Source of the DNA: Clostridia bacterium | Lineage (GTDB): Bacteria; Bacillota; Clostridia; Christensenellales; CAG-1252 | Direction: 5' to 3' | NCBI GenBank assembly: GCA_024685775.1 | Contig: JAIKVL010000004.1 | Span: 70,486-134,485 of the forward strand | DNA length: 64,000 nucleotides | Part shown: positions 9,869-19,321 of the stretch, in pieces | Position numbering within the stretch: position 1 is the first letter of the stretch | Layout: every line of letters starts with the position of its first letter | Program-made: the position numbers and the translations under genes | The notes under the pieces: model-generated | Seen by the model: only the letters and a program-made list of their open reading frames with translations | Database searches by the model: none | What the model was told of the DNA's origin: nothing

Positions 9869-10853
9869 TTTGCAGATCCTTTTCGAGATATTCGTTTACG
9901 CCGCCTTTGATCGCATCGCGGACTTGCAGGATCGCCCCGCAGACGGACTTCGCTTTGGACGCGCCGTGCGCCTTGACGACGGGTTTTTTGACGCCGAGAA
10001 ACGCCGCGCCGCCGTGCTCGTTATAATCCATCGTCTTTTTCAGATTCTTGAAAACGGGCTTCAAGAGAAGAGCGCCGAGCTTGGCTCGGAAAGATTTCAT
10101 AACGCCTTGTTTCAAAAGCTTAAAAACTGCGTTCGCCGTCCCTTCCGCGCTCTTCAAAGCAACGTTTCCGTCAAACCCGTCCGCGACGACGATATCCACG
10201 TCGCCCGATAAAATATCGCGCGCTTCGACGTTCCCCGCGAAATTGACGCGCGGATCTTTTTTCAAAAGGTTATGCGCCTCGACGGAGAACGCATTGCCTT
10301 TCGTCTTTTCCGCGCCGTTATTCAAAAGGCCGACGCGCGGCGAAGAAACGCCGTACACGCCCTTCATATAAGCCGCCGCCATCAAAGCGAACCCGACGAG
10401 ATAAGTCGGTTTGCAATCGACGTTCGCGCCGCAATCGCAAAGCAGGACGACACCCCCTTTGACCGTCGGCAGCGCGGGACAAAGCGCAGGTCTTTCCACG
10501 CCTTTTACGCGCCCGATCTTCAAGGTCGCTCCGATCAGGACGGCGCCCGTCGAACCCGCGGAAACAAGCCCGTCCGCCTCGCCCTTTTGGACGGCGTCCA
10601 AAGCGACGACGAGAGAGCTGTCTTTCTTCGTCCGAACCGCGACCATCGGTTGTTCTTCGCAGGTGATGATCTCCGAAGCGTTTTTGAACAAAAGACGGTC
10701 TCCGCCCTCGCCCGCCGCAAGCGAGCGAAGCTCTTCTTCCTTTCCCGTCAATAAAATTTTGATCTCGTTATCCGCTTTCAGCGCGGCAAGCGCGCCTTTG
10801 ACGATTTCTTCCGGGGCGTGATCGCCGCCGTATCCGTCCACAGCAATAATCAT
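9861..10853 (-). CDS. plsX: Phosphate acyltransferase PlsX
   Basis: 330-aa ORF starting MIIAVDGYGGDHAP, with a GSTGA motif. Typical PlsX. Confidence 0.92.
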   Translation of the reverse strand: MIIAVDGYGGDHAPEEIVKGALAALKADNEIKILLTGKEEELRSLAAGEGGDRLLFKNASEIITCEEQPMVAVRTKKDSSLVVALDAVQKGEADGLVSAGSTGAVLIGATLKIGRVKGVERPALCPALPTVKGGVVLLCDCGANVDCKPTYLVGFALMAAAYMKGVYGVSSPRVGLLNNGAEKTKGNAFSVEAHNLLKKDPRVNFAGNVEARDILSGDVDIVVADGFDGNVALKSAEGTANAVFKLLKQGVMKSFRAKLGALLLKPVFKNLKKTMDYNEHGGAAFLGVKKPVVKAHGASKAKSVCGAILQVRDAIKGGVNEYLEKDLQNE

Positions 10854-10922
10854 AGTTTCCTCCCTAAAAGGTTTCTTTATCTATTATATCGTAAATGCGG
10901 CTTGCTTTCAACCGTTCGACGG

Positions 10923-10955
10923 AAAAAGGCTCGGCAGTCTCCCGCCGAGCCTTTT
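10923..10955 (-). terminator. Rho-independent terminator after ppdK
   Basis: AAAAGGCTCGGC-agtctcc-GCCGAGCCTTTT hairpin, about 20 nt past the ppdK stop, with a T-run on the minus strand. Confidence 0.7.
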
Positions 10956-10974
10956 GATTTAACCGTTTTATCTA

Positions 10975-13626
10975 TTAGTTTCTCGGATTCTTGATGTTGG
11001 CTTGCGCCGCGGCAAGACGAGCGATCGGCACGCGATACGGCGAGCAGGAGACGTAGTCCAAACCGATCGCATGGCAGAATTCGATCGAAGAGGGATCGCC
11101 GCCGTGTTCTCCGCAGATACCGCAATGGATATTGCTTCTCGAAGCGTGGCCGAGTTTGACCGCCATTTCCATCAATCTGCCGACGCCCTTCGTGTCGAGA
11201 CGAGCGAACGGATCGGACTCGTAGATCTTCGCGCTGTAATAGCTCGGGAGGAACTTGCTCGCGTCGTCACGGCTGAAACCGAAGGTCATTTGGGTCAAGT
11301 CGTTCGTTACGAAGCAGAAGAATTCGGCTTCTTTCGCGATCTCGTCCGCAGTAAGAGCCGCGCGCGGGATCTCGATCATCGTTCCGACTTCGTATTCAAG
11401 CTTCGCGCCCGCCGCTTTGATGACTTCGTTCGCGGTGGCGACGACGGTGTCTTTGCAGAATTTAAGCTCTTTGACTTCGCCGACGAGCGGGATCATAATC
11501 TCGGGCTTAACGTTCCAATCCGGATGACGCTTTTGAACGTTGATCGCGGCTTTGATGATCGCTCTGGTCTGCATAACGGCGATTTCGGGATACGTTACCG
11601 CCAAACGGCAGCCGCGGTGACCCATCATCGGGTTGAACTCATGCAGGCTCTCGCAGAGCAAACGGATCTCTTGGGTGGTCTTGCCCTTCGCTCTCGCGAG
11701 GAGCTCGATATCCGCTTCGAGGGTGGGGACGAACTCGTGGAGCGGCGGATCGAGGAAACGGATCGTAACGGGCATGCCTTTGAGCTCTTCCATCAAGCCT
11801 TCGAAGTCGGCTTGTTGCATCGGCTCGATCGCGTCCAAAGCGCGCTCTCTTTCTTTCTTGTCTTCCGAGCAGATCATCTCGCGGAATTTCTCGATTCTGC
11901 CCGGTCCGAAGAACATATGCTCCGTACGGGTAAGACCGATACCTTGCGCGCCGAGTTCGACCGCTCTCTTTGCGTCGGCGGGGGTGTCGGCGTTCGTGCG
12001 GACTTTCAAAGCCTTATACTTGTCCGCAAGTTTCATGATCCTGCCGAAGTAACCGCTGTTCGGATCGGCGGGAACGGTTTTGATGATGGTGTCGTAGATC
12101 GTTCCGGTGGAGCCGTCCAAGGAAAGTCCGTCGCCTTCGCGGAAGATCTTTCCGGCGAGCTCGAAGAATTTCTCTTCTTCATGCATTTTGATATCGCCGC
12201 AACCGGAGACGCAGCAGGTTCCCATACCGCGCGCAACGACCGCCGCGTGAGAGGTCTGACCGCCGCGGACCGTCAAAATGCCCTGCGCGTACTTCATACC
12301 CTCGATATCTTCGGGAGAGGTTTCCAAGCGGACGAGAACGACTTTCTTGCCTTGCTTGCCGAGGCGGACGGCGTCCTCCGCGGTAAAGACGATCGAGCCG
12401 GCAGCCGCGCCCGGGGAAGCCGCGATACCTTTTCCGACGACGTTCGCTTTATCCGCCGCTTTGAGAGCCGCGGCGTCGAAGGTCGGGTGGAGAAGCATAT
12501 CCAAGGTCTTCGCGTCGATTTGGAGAAGAGCTTCCTTCTCGGAGATCATGCCCTCGTCGATCAAGTCGCAAGCGATCTTGATCGCCGCCGCCGCGGTGCG
12601 CTTACCGTTACGGCATTGGAGCATAAAGAGTTTGCCGTTTTCGACGGTGAACTCCATATCCTGCATATCTCTGTAATGGTCTTCGAGGATCGCGCAAACG
12701 TCCACGAATTGCTTATACGCATCGGGGAATTTCTCTTCCATCTCGGAGATCGGCATCGGGGTGCGGACGCCTGCGACGACGTCTTCGCCTTGCGCGTTGA
12801 TCAAAAATTCGCCCATAAGTTTCTTTTCGCCGGTCGCGGGGTTGCGGGTAAAGGCGACGCCCGTTCCGGAATTGTTGTTCAAGTTACCGAAGACCATCGG
12901 CATGACGTTGACCGCGGTACCCCAGCTGTACGGAATGTCGTGATCCATACGATAGATATTCGCGCGGGGGTTATCCCAGCTGCGGAAGACCGCACGAATC
13001 GCCGCGTTGAGCTGCTCGATCGGGTCGTCCGGGAAATCGGTGCCGAGCTGCTTCTTATATTCAGCTTTGAATTGATAAGCAAGCTCTTTGAGGTCGGCGG
13101 CGGTGAGTTCGATATCGTACTGCACGCCCTTCTCCGCCTTCATCTTGTCGATGAGCTCTTCGAAGTACTTCTTGCCGACTTCCATAACGACGTCGGAGAA
13201 CATTTGGATAAATCTTCTGTAAGAGTCGTAAACGAATCTCTCGAATTTCGGATCGGGGTTGCCTGCGATCATCGCCGCGACGACCTTATCGTTCAAACCG
13301 AGGTTCAAAATCGTATCCATCATACCGGGCATGGACGCTCTCGCACCCGAACGGACGGAAACCAAAAGCGGGTTCTTCAAATCGCCGAACTTTTTGCCGT
13401 TGATCTCTTCCATCTTCGCGACGTTCTTCATGATCTCCGCCATAATGTCGTCGTTGATCAATCTGCCGTCCTCATAGTACTGCGTGCAAGCTTCGGTGGA
13501 AATCGTAAAGCCTTGCGGAACGGGAAGACCGATCTTGGTCATTTCCGCGAGGTTCGCGCCTTTACCGCCGAGAAGTTCGCGCATGGTTGCGTCGCCTTCG
13601 GTGAAAAGATAGACGTATTTTTTCAT
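10975..13626 (-). CDS. ppdK: Pyruvate, phosphate dikinase
   Basis: 883-aa ORF starting MKKYVYLFTEG, with GGKGANLAEM, the phospho-His region GGQTSHAAVVARGMG, and a C-terminal PEP-utilising TIM barrel. Confidence 0.95.
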   Translation of the reverse strand: MKKYVYLFTEGDATMRELLGGKGANLAEMTKIGLPVPQGFTISTEACTQYYEDGRLINDDIMAEIMKNVAKMEEINGKKFGDLKNPLLVSVRSGARASMPGMMDTILNLGLNDKVVAAMIAGNPDPKFERFVYDSYRRFIQMFSDVVMEVGKKYFEELIDKMKAEKGVQYDIELTAADLKELAYQFKAEYKKQLGTDFPDDPIEQLNAAIRAVFRSWDNPRANIYRMDHDIPYSWGTAVNVMPMVFGNLNNNSGTGVAFTRNPATGEKKLMGEFLINAQGEDVVAGVRTPMPISEMEEKFPDAYKQFVDVCAILEDHYRDMQDMEFTVENGKLFMLQCRNGKRTAAAAIKIACDLIDEGMISEKEALLQIDAKTLDMLLHPTFDAAALKAADKANVVGKGIAASPGAAAGSIVFTAEDAVRLGKQGKKVVLVRLETSPEDIEGMKYAQGILTVRGGQTSHAAVVARGMGTCCVSGCGDIKMHEEEKFFELAGKIFREGDGLSLDGSTGTIYDTIIKTVPADPNSGYFGRIMKLADKYKALKVRTNADTPADAKRAVELGAQGIGLTRTEHMFFGPGRIEKFREMICSEDKKERERALDAIEPMQQADFEGLMEELKGMPVTIRFLDPPLHEFVPTLEADIELLARAKGKTTQEIRLLCESLHEFNPMMGHRGCRLAVTYPEIAVMQTRAIIKAAINVQKRHPDWNVKPEIMIPLVGEVKELKFCKDTVVATANEVIKAAGAKLEYEVGTMIEIPRAALTADEIAKEAEFFCFVTNDLTQMTFGFSRDDASKFLPSYYSAKIYESDPFARLDTKGVGRLMEMAVKLGHASRSNIHCGICGEHGGDPSSIEFCHAIGLDYVSCSPYRVPIARLAAAQANIKNPRN

Positions 13627-13673
13627 GTAAAATCCTCCTAAGATAAAAACTCGTAGAAAAAACGGTTATAAAT

Positions 13674-13702
13674 ATAATAATTCATTTCAAATCATTTAGC
13701 AA
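13674..13702 (-). promoter_or_regulatory. Candidate sigma-A promoter for ppdK
   Basis: Minus strand TTGCTA-17 nt-TATTAT in the AT-rich gap upstream of ppdK. Confidence 0.35.
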
Positions 13703-13772
13703 GAGTTTTCGAAAAAACGCTTGAATTTTACTTTCGATTTTCTTTCGCGGAAAAACTGCGAAAAAAAAACAC

Positions 13773-14501
13773 TCAAAGCGCGCGTTTGATTAGATCGGAC
13801 AGCTCGAAAAAGGACTTCACCGTGCTGCCCGTTTTATAGCGGATATATTGGGCGAAAAGCGAAAAAAGTTCGCAACAGACGTTCGCTTCGGCGTCCGGTT
13901 CTTCCCCGTCCGAATAAGCGGCGAGAAAGCGAACGGCGGTCGGAGACAGGCGAAAAACGTAAGGCGGTTTGCTCTCCGCGAGACGAAGCGCGCCCTCTTC
14001 GAGGTCGAAGACAAAGAAACGGGCTTCGAGTTTCCCGTCGTAATCCCCTTTTTGCATCCCGTAACCGGCGATCTTCAAAAAATCGAGAACGTACATAATA
14101 AAAGCGGAGACGCCGCCTCCGTCGTAACAGATCGACATCAAAAAGCGCAAAAGCCGCGCGAGTTCCCGCGAAACGGAAATATCTTCTTCGGTCAGCTTAT
14201 CGGCGATTTCGAGCGCGGACGCGCCGAGATAATAGCGAAGAAGATCGTCGGATATTTGCGTAAACGGATCGGAAAAATCAAAAGATTTCAAAGAATAATA
14301 GCCGTTCTTTTCAAGAAGGACGTACTGCCCGAAAGCGAACGGAACGGCGGCTTGACGAAGGCGGGATTTCGGGGACGAAACGCCGCGGACTTTTACGGCG
14401 ATTTTGCCGCAAGAATCCGTTAAAAGCGTGATAATTCTGTCACCCTCTCCGACCTCGGTGGAACGAAGGCAAACGCCTTCAACTTTCTTCTCCTCCGTCA
14501 A
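13773..14501 (-). CDS. recO: DNA repair protein RecO
   Basis: 242-aa ORF with an OB-fold N-terminus and the era-yqzL-recO synteny. It apparently starts at TTG, preceded by GGAGGAAAG. Confidence 0.85.
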   Translation of the reverse strand: MTEEKKVEGVCLRSTEVGEGDRIITLLTDSCGKIAVKVRGVSSPKSRLRQAAVPFAFGQYVLLEKNGYYSLKSFDFSDPFTQISDDLLRYYLGASALEIADKLTEEDISVSRELARLLRFLMSICYDGGGVSAFIMYVLDFLKIAGYGMQKGDYDGKLEARFFVFDLEEGALRLAESKPPYVFRLSPTAVRFLAAYSDGEEPDAEANVCCELFSLFAQYIRYKTGSTVKSFFELSDLIKRAL

Positions 14502-14610
14502 CTCTTCTTTCCTCCGATTTGTATAAGCAGTAGGCTTCGGGCAAGCCCGTCTTGACGAAGAGATCCCAAAGCGCGTCTTTATTATTGTTTTTTTCGGAAT
14601 TTTCTTTCAC
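14479..14610 (-). CDS. yqzL: YqzL-family small protein (43 aa; not in the ORF track)
   Basis: My own translation from the GTG at 14610, which is preceded by GGAGGAAATCACC: VKENSEKNNNKDALWDLFVKTGLPEAYCLYKSEERRVDGGEES*. The W-x-LF-x-xTG-x-x-x-Y-x-LYK core matches the YqzL family, which sits between era and recO in Bacillus. It overlaps the recO start. Confidence 0.6.
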   Translation of the reverse strand: MKENSEKNNNKDALWDLFVKTGLPEAYCLYKSEERRVDGGEES

Positions 14611-14671
14611 GGTGATTTCCTCCGATAAAAGTATCGAACGAAATCGAAAGAATTATACTCTTAGTAAGCGG

Positions 14672-15553
14672 TCAATCTTTTTTGGAATAACCGAGGAGAT
14701 CGAGGATCGCCCCGTTATCCTTCCAGCCGCTCTTGACCTTAACGAAAAGGCGCAAATAAACTTGCCCGTCCACGAGCTGTTCGAGCTCTTTTCTCGCCGC
14801 GACGGAAATCTTTTTCAAGGTCTCTCCGCCTTTCCCGATAATGATGGGTTTATGGGTCTCTTTTTCGCAAATAACGTCCGCTTCGATGCGCGTTATGCCG
14901 TCCTCGCCCACGTCGAACTTCTTGATCTCGACGCCGATCCCGTGCGGAATCTCCGCAAGCAGGAATTTCAGAGCCTTTTCGCGGACGATCTCCGCCGCCA
15001 TAAAGCGGAGCGGTTTATCGGTGTACATATCCTCGGGATAATAGCGAACGCCGTCTTTCAGCATCGAACGAAGGACGGAAAGAAGCTCGTCCAGATTTTC
15101 CTTTTTCTCCGCGGAGATCGGAACTATCTCGATATTCTTGATCGAAGAAAGCCGCTTGACGCTTTCCATCGCGAAGCCCTTGTCCGCAATATCCATTTTA
15201 TTCAGCGCGACGACGGTCGCGGTCGTGGCGGCGAGCTTCTCCAAAAACGCGACGGAATCCTTATCGAGGGGCTTGGACGCGTCGATGACGTACAAAACGC
15301 CGTCCGAGTCGTTTTTCGCGGAAGAGACTTCGTCAGCCATAAACTTCGAAAGTTTGCTCGCGCCCGTGTGGATCCCCGGCGTGTCGATAAAGACGATCTG
15401 AAAATCTTCGCCGTTCATAATGCCGACGATCTTGTCGCGCGTCGTCTGCGGACGCCAACTGACGATGGAAACTTTTTCACCGACGAGGGCGTTGATCAAA
15501 GTCGATTTTCCCGCGTTCGGCAATCCCAAAATTGCAATAAAACCCGATTTCAT
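14672..15553 (-). CDS. era: GTPase Era
   Basis: 293-aa ORF with GLPNAGKST, DTPG and NKMD motifs and a C-terminal KH domain. Confidence 0.95.
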   Translation of the reverse strand: MKSGFIAILGLPNAGKSTLINALVGEKVSIVSWRPQTTRDKIVGIMNGEDFQIVFIDTPGIHTGASKLSKFMADEVSSAKNDSDGVLYVIDASKPLDKDSVAFLEKLAATTATVVALNKMDIADKGFAMESVKRLSSIKNIEIVPISAEKKENLDELLSVLRSMLKDGVRYYPEDMYTDKPLRFMAAEIVREKALKFLLAEIPHGIGVEIKKFDVGEDGITRIEADVICEKETHKPIIIGKGGETLKKISVAARKELEQLVDGQVYLRLFVKVKSGWKDNGAILDLLGYSKKD

Positions 15554-15578
15554 ACTTTTTTCCTTTTTATTTGCCGCG

Positions 15579-15971
15579 TCAGGACGGATCTCCGAATCGG
15601 TGCGGCATCAATTCGGAAAGTTGATAGACGCGAACGACTGCGTCGCTCGCGAGGATAACGGGGATATCTTCGCAAAATTCGGACATAACTTGCAGGCACA
15701 TTCCACAGGGAAAGGCGATATTCGCGGCGGTCGTGTAGACGGCGAGCGCGGAGATCTTGGTCTCCCCGTCCGACACCGCCTTAAAGATCGCGACGCGCTC
15801 GGCGCAAACGGTTGCGCCGTAGCTTGCGTTCTCGATATTCGTCCCGCTGTAAATCCTACCGCTATCCGTCAAAACCGCCGCGCCGACGGGAAAATTCGAA
15901 TAGGGAGAATAGGAATTGCGGCTCGCTTCGGTCGCCGCGTCGATCAAACTGTCAAGCGTCTCTTCTTGCAT
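15579..15971 (-). CDS. cdd: Cytidine deaminase
   Basis: 130-aa ORF with the CAER and PCGMCLQ zinc-binding motifs. Confidence 0.92.
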   Translation of the reverse strand: MQEETLDSLIDAATEASRNSYSPYSNFPVGAAVLTDSGRIYSGTNIENASYGATVCAERVAIFKAVSDGETKISALAVYTTAANIAFPCGMCLQVMSEFCEDIPVILASDAVVRVYQLSELMPHRFGDPS

Positions 15972-15974
15972 AGG

Positions 15975-16442
15975 TCATCTCCTTATATCGAGGGCGGAAA
16001 GGATTTTTTCCTCTTCCTTCCGCATCGCCGCCCGATCTTTTTCTTCTATGTGATCGAATGAAAGTAAATGTAAAAGCCCGTGAACGGATAAATACGCGAC
16101 CTCGCGTTCGTAAGAGTGTCCGTATTCTTTCGCCTGCTCTTTCGCTCGCGCGCGGCAGATCACGACGCTGCCGAGGTTGACCCGCCCCGTCGAGGGATCA
16201 ACGTCAAACGGATAGTCTTCCGCCCGCAAGGGCAATCGGACGTTTTCCAAAGTCGGGAAGGACAAAACGTCCGTCACGCGGTCCACGCCGCGCATTTCTC
16301 GATTCAACGCGCGAATCTTTTCTCTGCCGACGAACGTCAAGTCCGCGTCGGAATCCTCCGCGCCCATAACGGCGAGTCCTTTTTCCCAAACCTTCGCCAA
16401 AAATTCTTTTTCTTCTTTCCCCGCGCCCGTGATCGAGATCAT
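15975..16442 (-). CDS. ybeY: rRNA maturation RNase YbeY
   Basis: HGLLHLLSFDH metallo-motif. I place the start at the internal MISITGAG, where an ATGA overlap couples it to the pgpH stop. The 191-aa track ORF is over-extended. Confidence 0.88.
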   Translation of the reverse strand: MISITGAGKEEKEFLAKVWEKGLAVMGAEDSDADLTFVGREKIRALNREMRGVDRVTDVLSFPTLENVRLPLRAEDYPFDVDPSTGRVNLGSVVICRARAKEQAKEYGHSYEREVAYLSVHGLLHLLSFDHIEEKDRAAMRKEEEKILSALDIRR

Positions 16443-17881
16443 TTTTTCAACTGTTGCGTGTTGTACGCGATGCGCTCGTGGTGAACGCCCATAAGCGTCG
16501 TAACGACCGCGGCTTTGACCTTGGTGAGTTCGCGGATCGTGATCGGGCAATCGTCGAACTGCCTTTCCTGCATTTTCTGGCGAACGAGGTTATCGACGAG
16601 TTTTTCGAGTTCTTCGCGGGTGGACGGGCGAACGGAGCGCGTCGCCGCTTCGGCGATATCGGCGATCATAATGATCGCGTTGATCTTCGTGGAAGGTTTC
16701 GGTCCGAGATAGGTATAACCCTTTTCTTCGAGCGTTCCCTCCGTTATATTCTGCGCTTTATGATAGAAATAACCGACGGAACTGTCGCCGTGATGTTCAA
16801 GCGCGGCGGAAACGATCTCTTTCGGGAAACCGCGGTTTTCGAGGATCTTCGCGCCCGCTTCGGTGTGGCGGGTGATCATCTTGACGCTAGCTTCGGGGAT
16901 CAAATCGTCGTGCGGGTTATAGCCGTCCGTCTGGTTTTCCGTAAAGAATTCGGGGTTCTCCATTTTACCGATATCGTGATACAAAGCCGCCGCTTTCGCG
17001 AGGTTCGGATTTTCGCCGATCGCGTACGCCGCCCGCTCCGAAATATTCGCGACGGTAAGCGAGTGATTGAACGTCCCGGGTGCTTTTTCTTCGAGCTCTT
17101 TCAAAAGGGGTTGGTCGAAGGAGCAAAGCTCCATTAGGCGAAGCCCCGTGTTCAAATTAAAGACGCGCTCGAAAACGGGAGAAAAACAGAAATACGCAAA
17201 GACGCTGATCGCGCCGCCGACGAGGACGGAGACGCCGACCGTGATCATTTGATCGATATTGGGTTTTCCGCCGACTGCCGCCGCGGAAATAAAACCGAGG
17301 ATCCCGAAAGAAATAACGACGCAAGACGACGTAAACAAGACGCGCATGCGGCTCGAAAAAGGCTTGATCAAAAAGATCAGCAGCGAACCCATACCGACGT
17401 TGACGACGAGCGTCATCATTTGCAAAGACAATTCGTCGAAAATGAATTTGGATGAATTGTAGAAAAACAGAACCATACACGTCGCGACGATGGAAACGCT
17501 CGTAAAATGCGCAGAAAGCGCGACGTGTTTATCGAAATCCGTTCCGAGAAGAAGCGGGAGGAAAGCAAGCGGGATCGCGAACGCGTGATCGAAATGCATG
17601 CAGGTAATCGACGCCACGGCTTCCATCAAAAGCACGCTGTACACGAGAATGACCGAAACGGGATCACCCTTCCCGATCATTCTGAGGATCAAAAAGTTCG
17701 ACGCTAAAAGCGAATAGATCACGATGCCGAACGTAATGAGCGTCAAAGGATCGAACGTTACGCCGTAGACCGAGCGGAACGCCGCCACGACGCCGACGAG
17801 GACGACGGCAAGCACCGCAAACGACAGCAACGTAAACGTAAAAAACGCGATCCTTCTTTTGGAATTCGTTTGTTTGTCCAA
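16439..17881 (-). CDS. pgpH: Membrane HD-domain phosphohydrolase (7TM-HD, PgpH/YqfF-like), short form
   Basis: 480-aa ORF with multiple TM helices followed by an HD domain (HSLTVANISE, LYHDIGK). It lies between yqfD and ybeY, as in Bacillus. Confidence 0.7.
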   Translation of the reverse strand: MDKQTNSKRRIAFFTFTLLSFAVLAVVLVGVVAAFRSVYGVTFDPLTLITFGIVIYSLLASNFLILRMIGKGDPVSVILVYSVLLMEAVASITCMHFDHAFAIPLAFLPLLLGTDFDKHVALSAHFTSVSIVATCMVLFFYNSSKFIFDELSLQMMTLVVNVGMGSLLIFLIKPFSSRMRVLFTSSCVVISFGILGFISAAAVGGKPNIDQMITVGVSVLVGGAISVFAYFCFSPVFERVFNLNTGLRLMELCSFDQPLLKELEEKAPGTFNHSLTVANISERAAYAIGENPNLAKAAALYHDIGKMENPEFFTENQTDGYNPHDDLIPEASVKMITRHTEAGAKILENRGFPKEIVSAALEHHGDSSVGYFYHKAQNITEGTLEEKGYTYLGPKPSTKINAIIMIADIAEAATRSVRPSTREELEKLVDNLVRQKMQERQFDDCPITIRELTKVKAAVVTTLMGVHHERIAYNTQQLKK

Positions 17882-17897
17882 AGTACCCTCCGAACCC

Positions 17898-19031
17898 TTA
17901 TTCGGGCGAGAACAGAGAATCCAGTCTCCGTACTACGGTATAGTATAACACTATATAGAGAATATTGTCCATCTTTTTTTGTTCCACGCTGACGCCGCCG
18001 ACCGCGGAAGCGTAAAAAGGAACGGAAGAAAGCATCGCCTGCGTCTCCTTTTCGATACGCGCGGGAACTTCGATCCCGAAATCGTGATAAACCGTGACGT
18101 CTTTTCGCTCGAAATACGTCCGTTCGACGACGCGGAGCGCGTTTCCGACGGAAGAAAAAACAATCCTTTCCGAAAGGTCGAACGACGCGAATGGCGGCTC
18201 TTCCTCTTTTCCCCATTCCCTTCCGAAAAGAAGGATCCGACGAAAACTCTTTTTCTTTCCCGTTAACTCGTTTTGCACGGATATTTCGGGCAAAGCGATT
18301 CGTCTCTCATAGGTCGTCATTCCGTAGACTTCCCCTTTCGCCGGCGCGGCGGCTTCCCCCTCCGTAAAGGAATAGACGGGGTCGATCAGGACGTCGCCCT
18401 GAGAGACTCGGTCGCCGATCTTGACGCGCGGCGTTCCGCTTTCCGCGACGATCTTCGTTATGACGGCGGAAACTTTCGAAACGATCGGATCGAAAGAGAC
18501 TTCGTCCGCTTCGGAAGGCGGCAATTCTTCCTTGACGTCCACGAAGAGTTTATTCCCCTTGACGCGAACGGACGCAAACGAGATCCCCTCGATCGAAGCG
18601 ACGTCTTTTCGGATCGAAGGGACGTCCACCTTTCCCTTAAAAGTAAATCCGTCGATCTTATGCGCTTCCAAAACGGCGGCGATCGTCTTCGTGTTCACGA
18701 AAGTATTTCCGCGGATCTCCGCTCGATAAACGAAACTTTGAAAAAACGCGACCGAACAAAGCGCGACGACAGACGCGATCACGAGGACCGAGCGGGCTTT
18801 TACGAAAGAAAGAATTCTCTTCCCCGCTCGCTCTCGCAAACGTTTCCCGCGAAGACCTTCGGCGGTCAGGATGCGGTCGAGCGCGCGTTCGTCGACCTTT
18901 GCCACGGAAAACGACGTCCGTTTTTCCCCGATTCGAACGTCGTAGACGGTCACGCCTTCTTTTCCCGCCTTTCGGATCAAAAACGCCGCCCTCGCAGTCG
19001 GAACGGCAAAGCGCGCGCGATCAGTCGTCAT
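17898..19031 (-). CDS. yqfD: Sporulation protein YqfD
   Basis: 377-aa ORF of YqfD-like size, with one central TM helix and synteny directly after yqfC. Confidence 0.75.
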   Translation of the reverse strand: MTTDRARFAVPTARAAFLIRKAGKEGVTVYDVRIGEKRTSFSVAKVDERALDRILTAEGLRGKRLRERAGKRILSFVKARSVLVIASVVALCSVAFFQSFVYRAEIRGNTFVNTKTIAAVLEAHKIDGFTFKGKVDVPSIRKDVASIEGISFASVRVKGNKLFVDVKEELPPSEADEVSFDPIVSKVSAVITKIVAESGTPRVKIGDRVSQGDVLIDPVYSFTEGEAAAPAKGEVYGMTTYERRIALPEISVQNELTGKKKSFRRILLFGREWGKEEEPPFASFDLSERIVFSSVGNALRVVERTYFERKDVTVYHDFGIEVPARIEKETQAMLSSVPFYASAVGGVSVEQKKMDNILYIVLYYTVVRRLDSLFSPE

Positions 19032-19287
19032 AAATCGTCTCGACGCCGCGGATCTCTCCCGAGACGTAGATCTCCTCTCGACTCGCGCAATTCACTTTGA
19101 GTTTTTCGCCGAACACGCGCACCTTTCCTTTTTTCACGCGCGCGACAATCTCCCGATCCGAGATGACGAGTAGCCCCTTCTGACCGGAAACCAGCGCGAA
19201 CGCGCCGCCGTAAACGGTTATTTCATAAGGTGCAGGAAAGGAATCGGGAGAAAAGAATCGGGAACGAAGATCACAAAGGTACGCCAT
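19021..19287 (-). CDS. yqfC: YabP/YqfC-family sporulation protein
   Basis: Its C-terminal half aligns by eye with the YqfC pattern (GLLVISDREIVARVKKGKVRVFGEKLKV...IYVSGEI). The track start at 19323 falls inside the groEL terminator T-run, so I prefer the Met at 19287. Confidence 0.7.
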   Translation of the reverse strand: MAYLCDLRSRFFSPDSFPAPYEITVYGGAFALVSGQKGLLVISDREIVARVKKGKVRVFGEKLKVNCASREEIYVSGEIRGVETIYDD

Positions 19288-19292
19288 ACTCG

Positions 19293-19321
19293 AAGATATG
19301 ACGATGCGCGCGCGATTATTC
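19293..19321 (-). promoter_or_regulatory. Possible sigma-E-type sporulation promoter for yqfC-yqfD
   Basis: The minus strand reads GAATAAT-14 nt-CATATCTT, which resembles the kmATATT-N14-CATACAhT consensus. It ends 5 nt before the 19287 ATG. Confidence 0.25.

Noticed and set aside
16443-16550. N-terminal extensions in the ORF track for ybeY (191 aa), uvrB (711 aa, to 48180), murC (483 aa, to 50723), smc (to 9021), the PAP2 gene (to 53845), the giant gene (to 61985), DUF421 (from 41777) and the regulator (to 41420).
   Set aside because: The extensions are Arg-rich or hydrophobic junk, and they overlap upstream genes, terminators or operators. Internal Met codons coincide with the conserved family N-termini and with SD sites or ATGA coupling.
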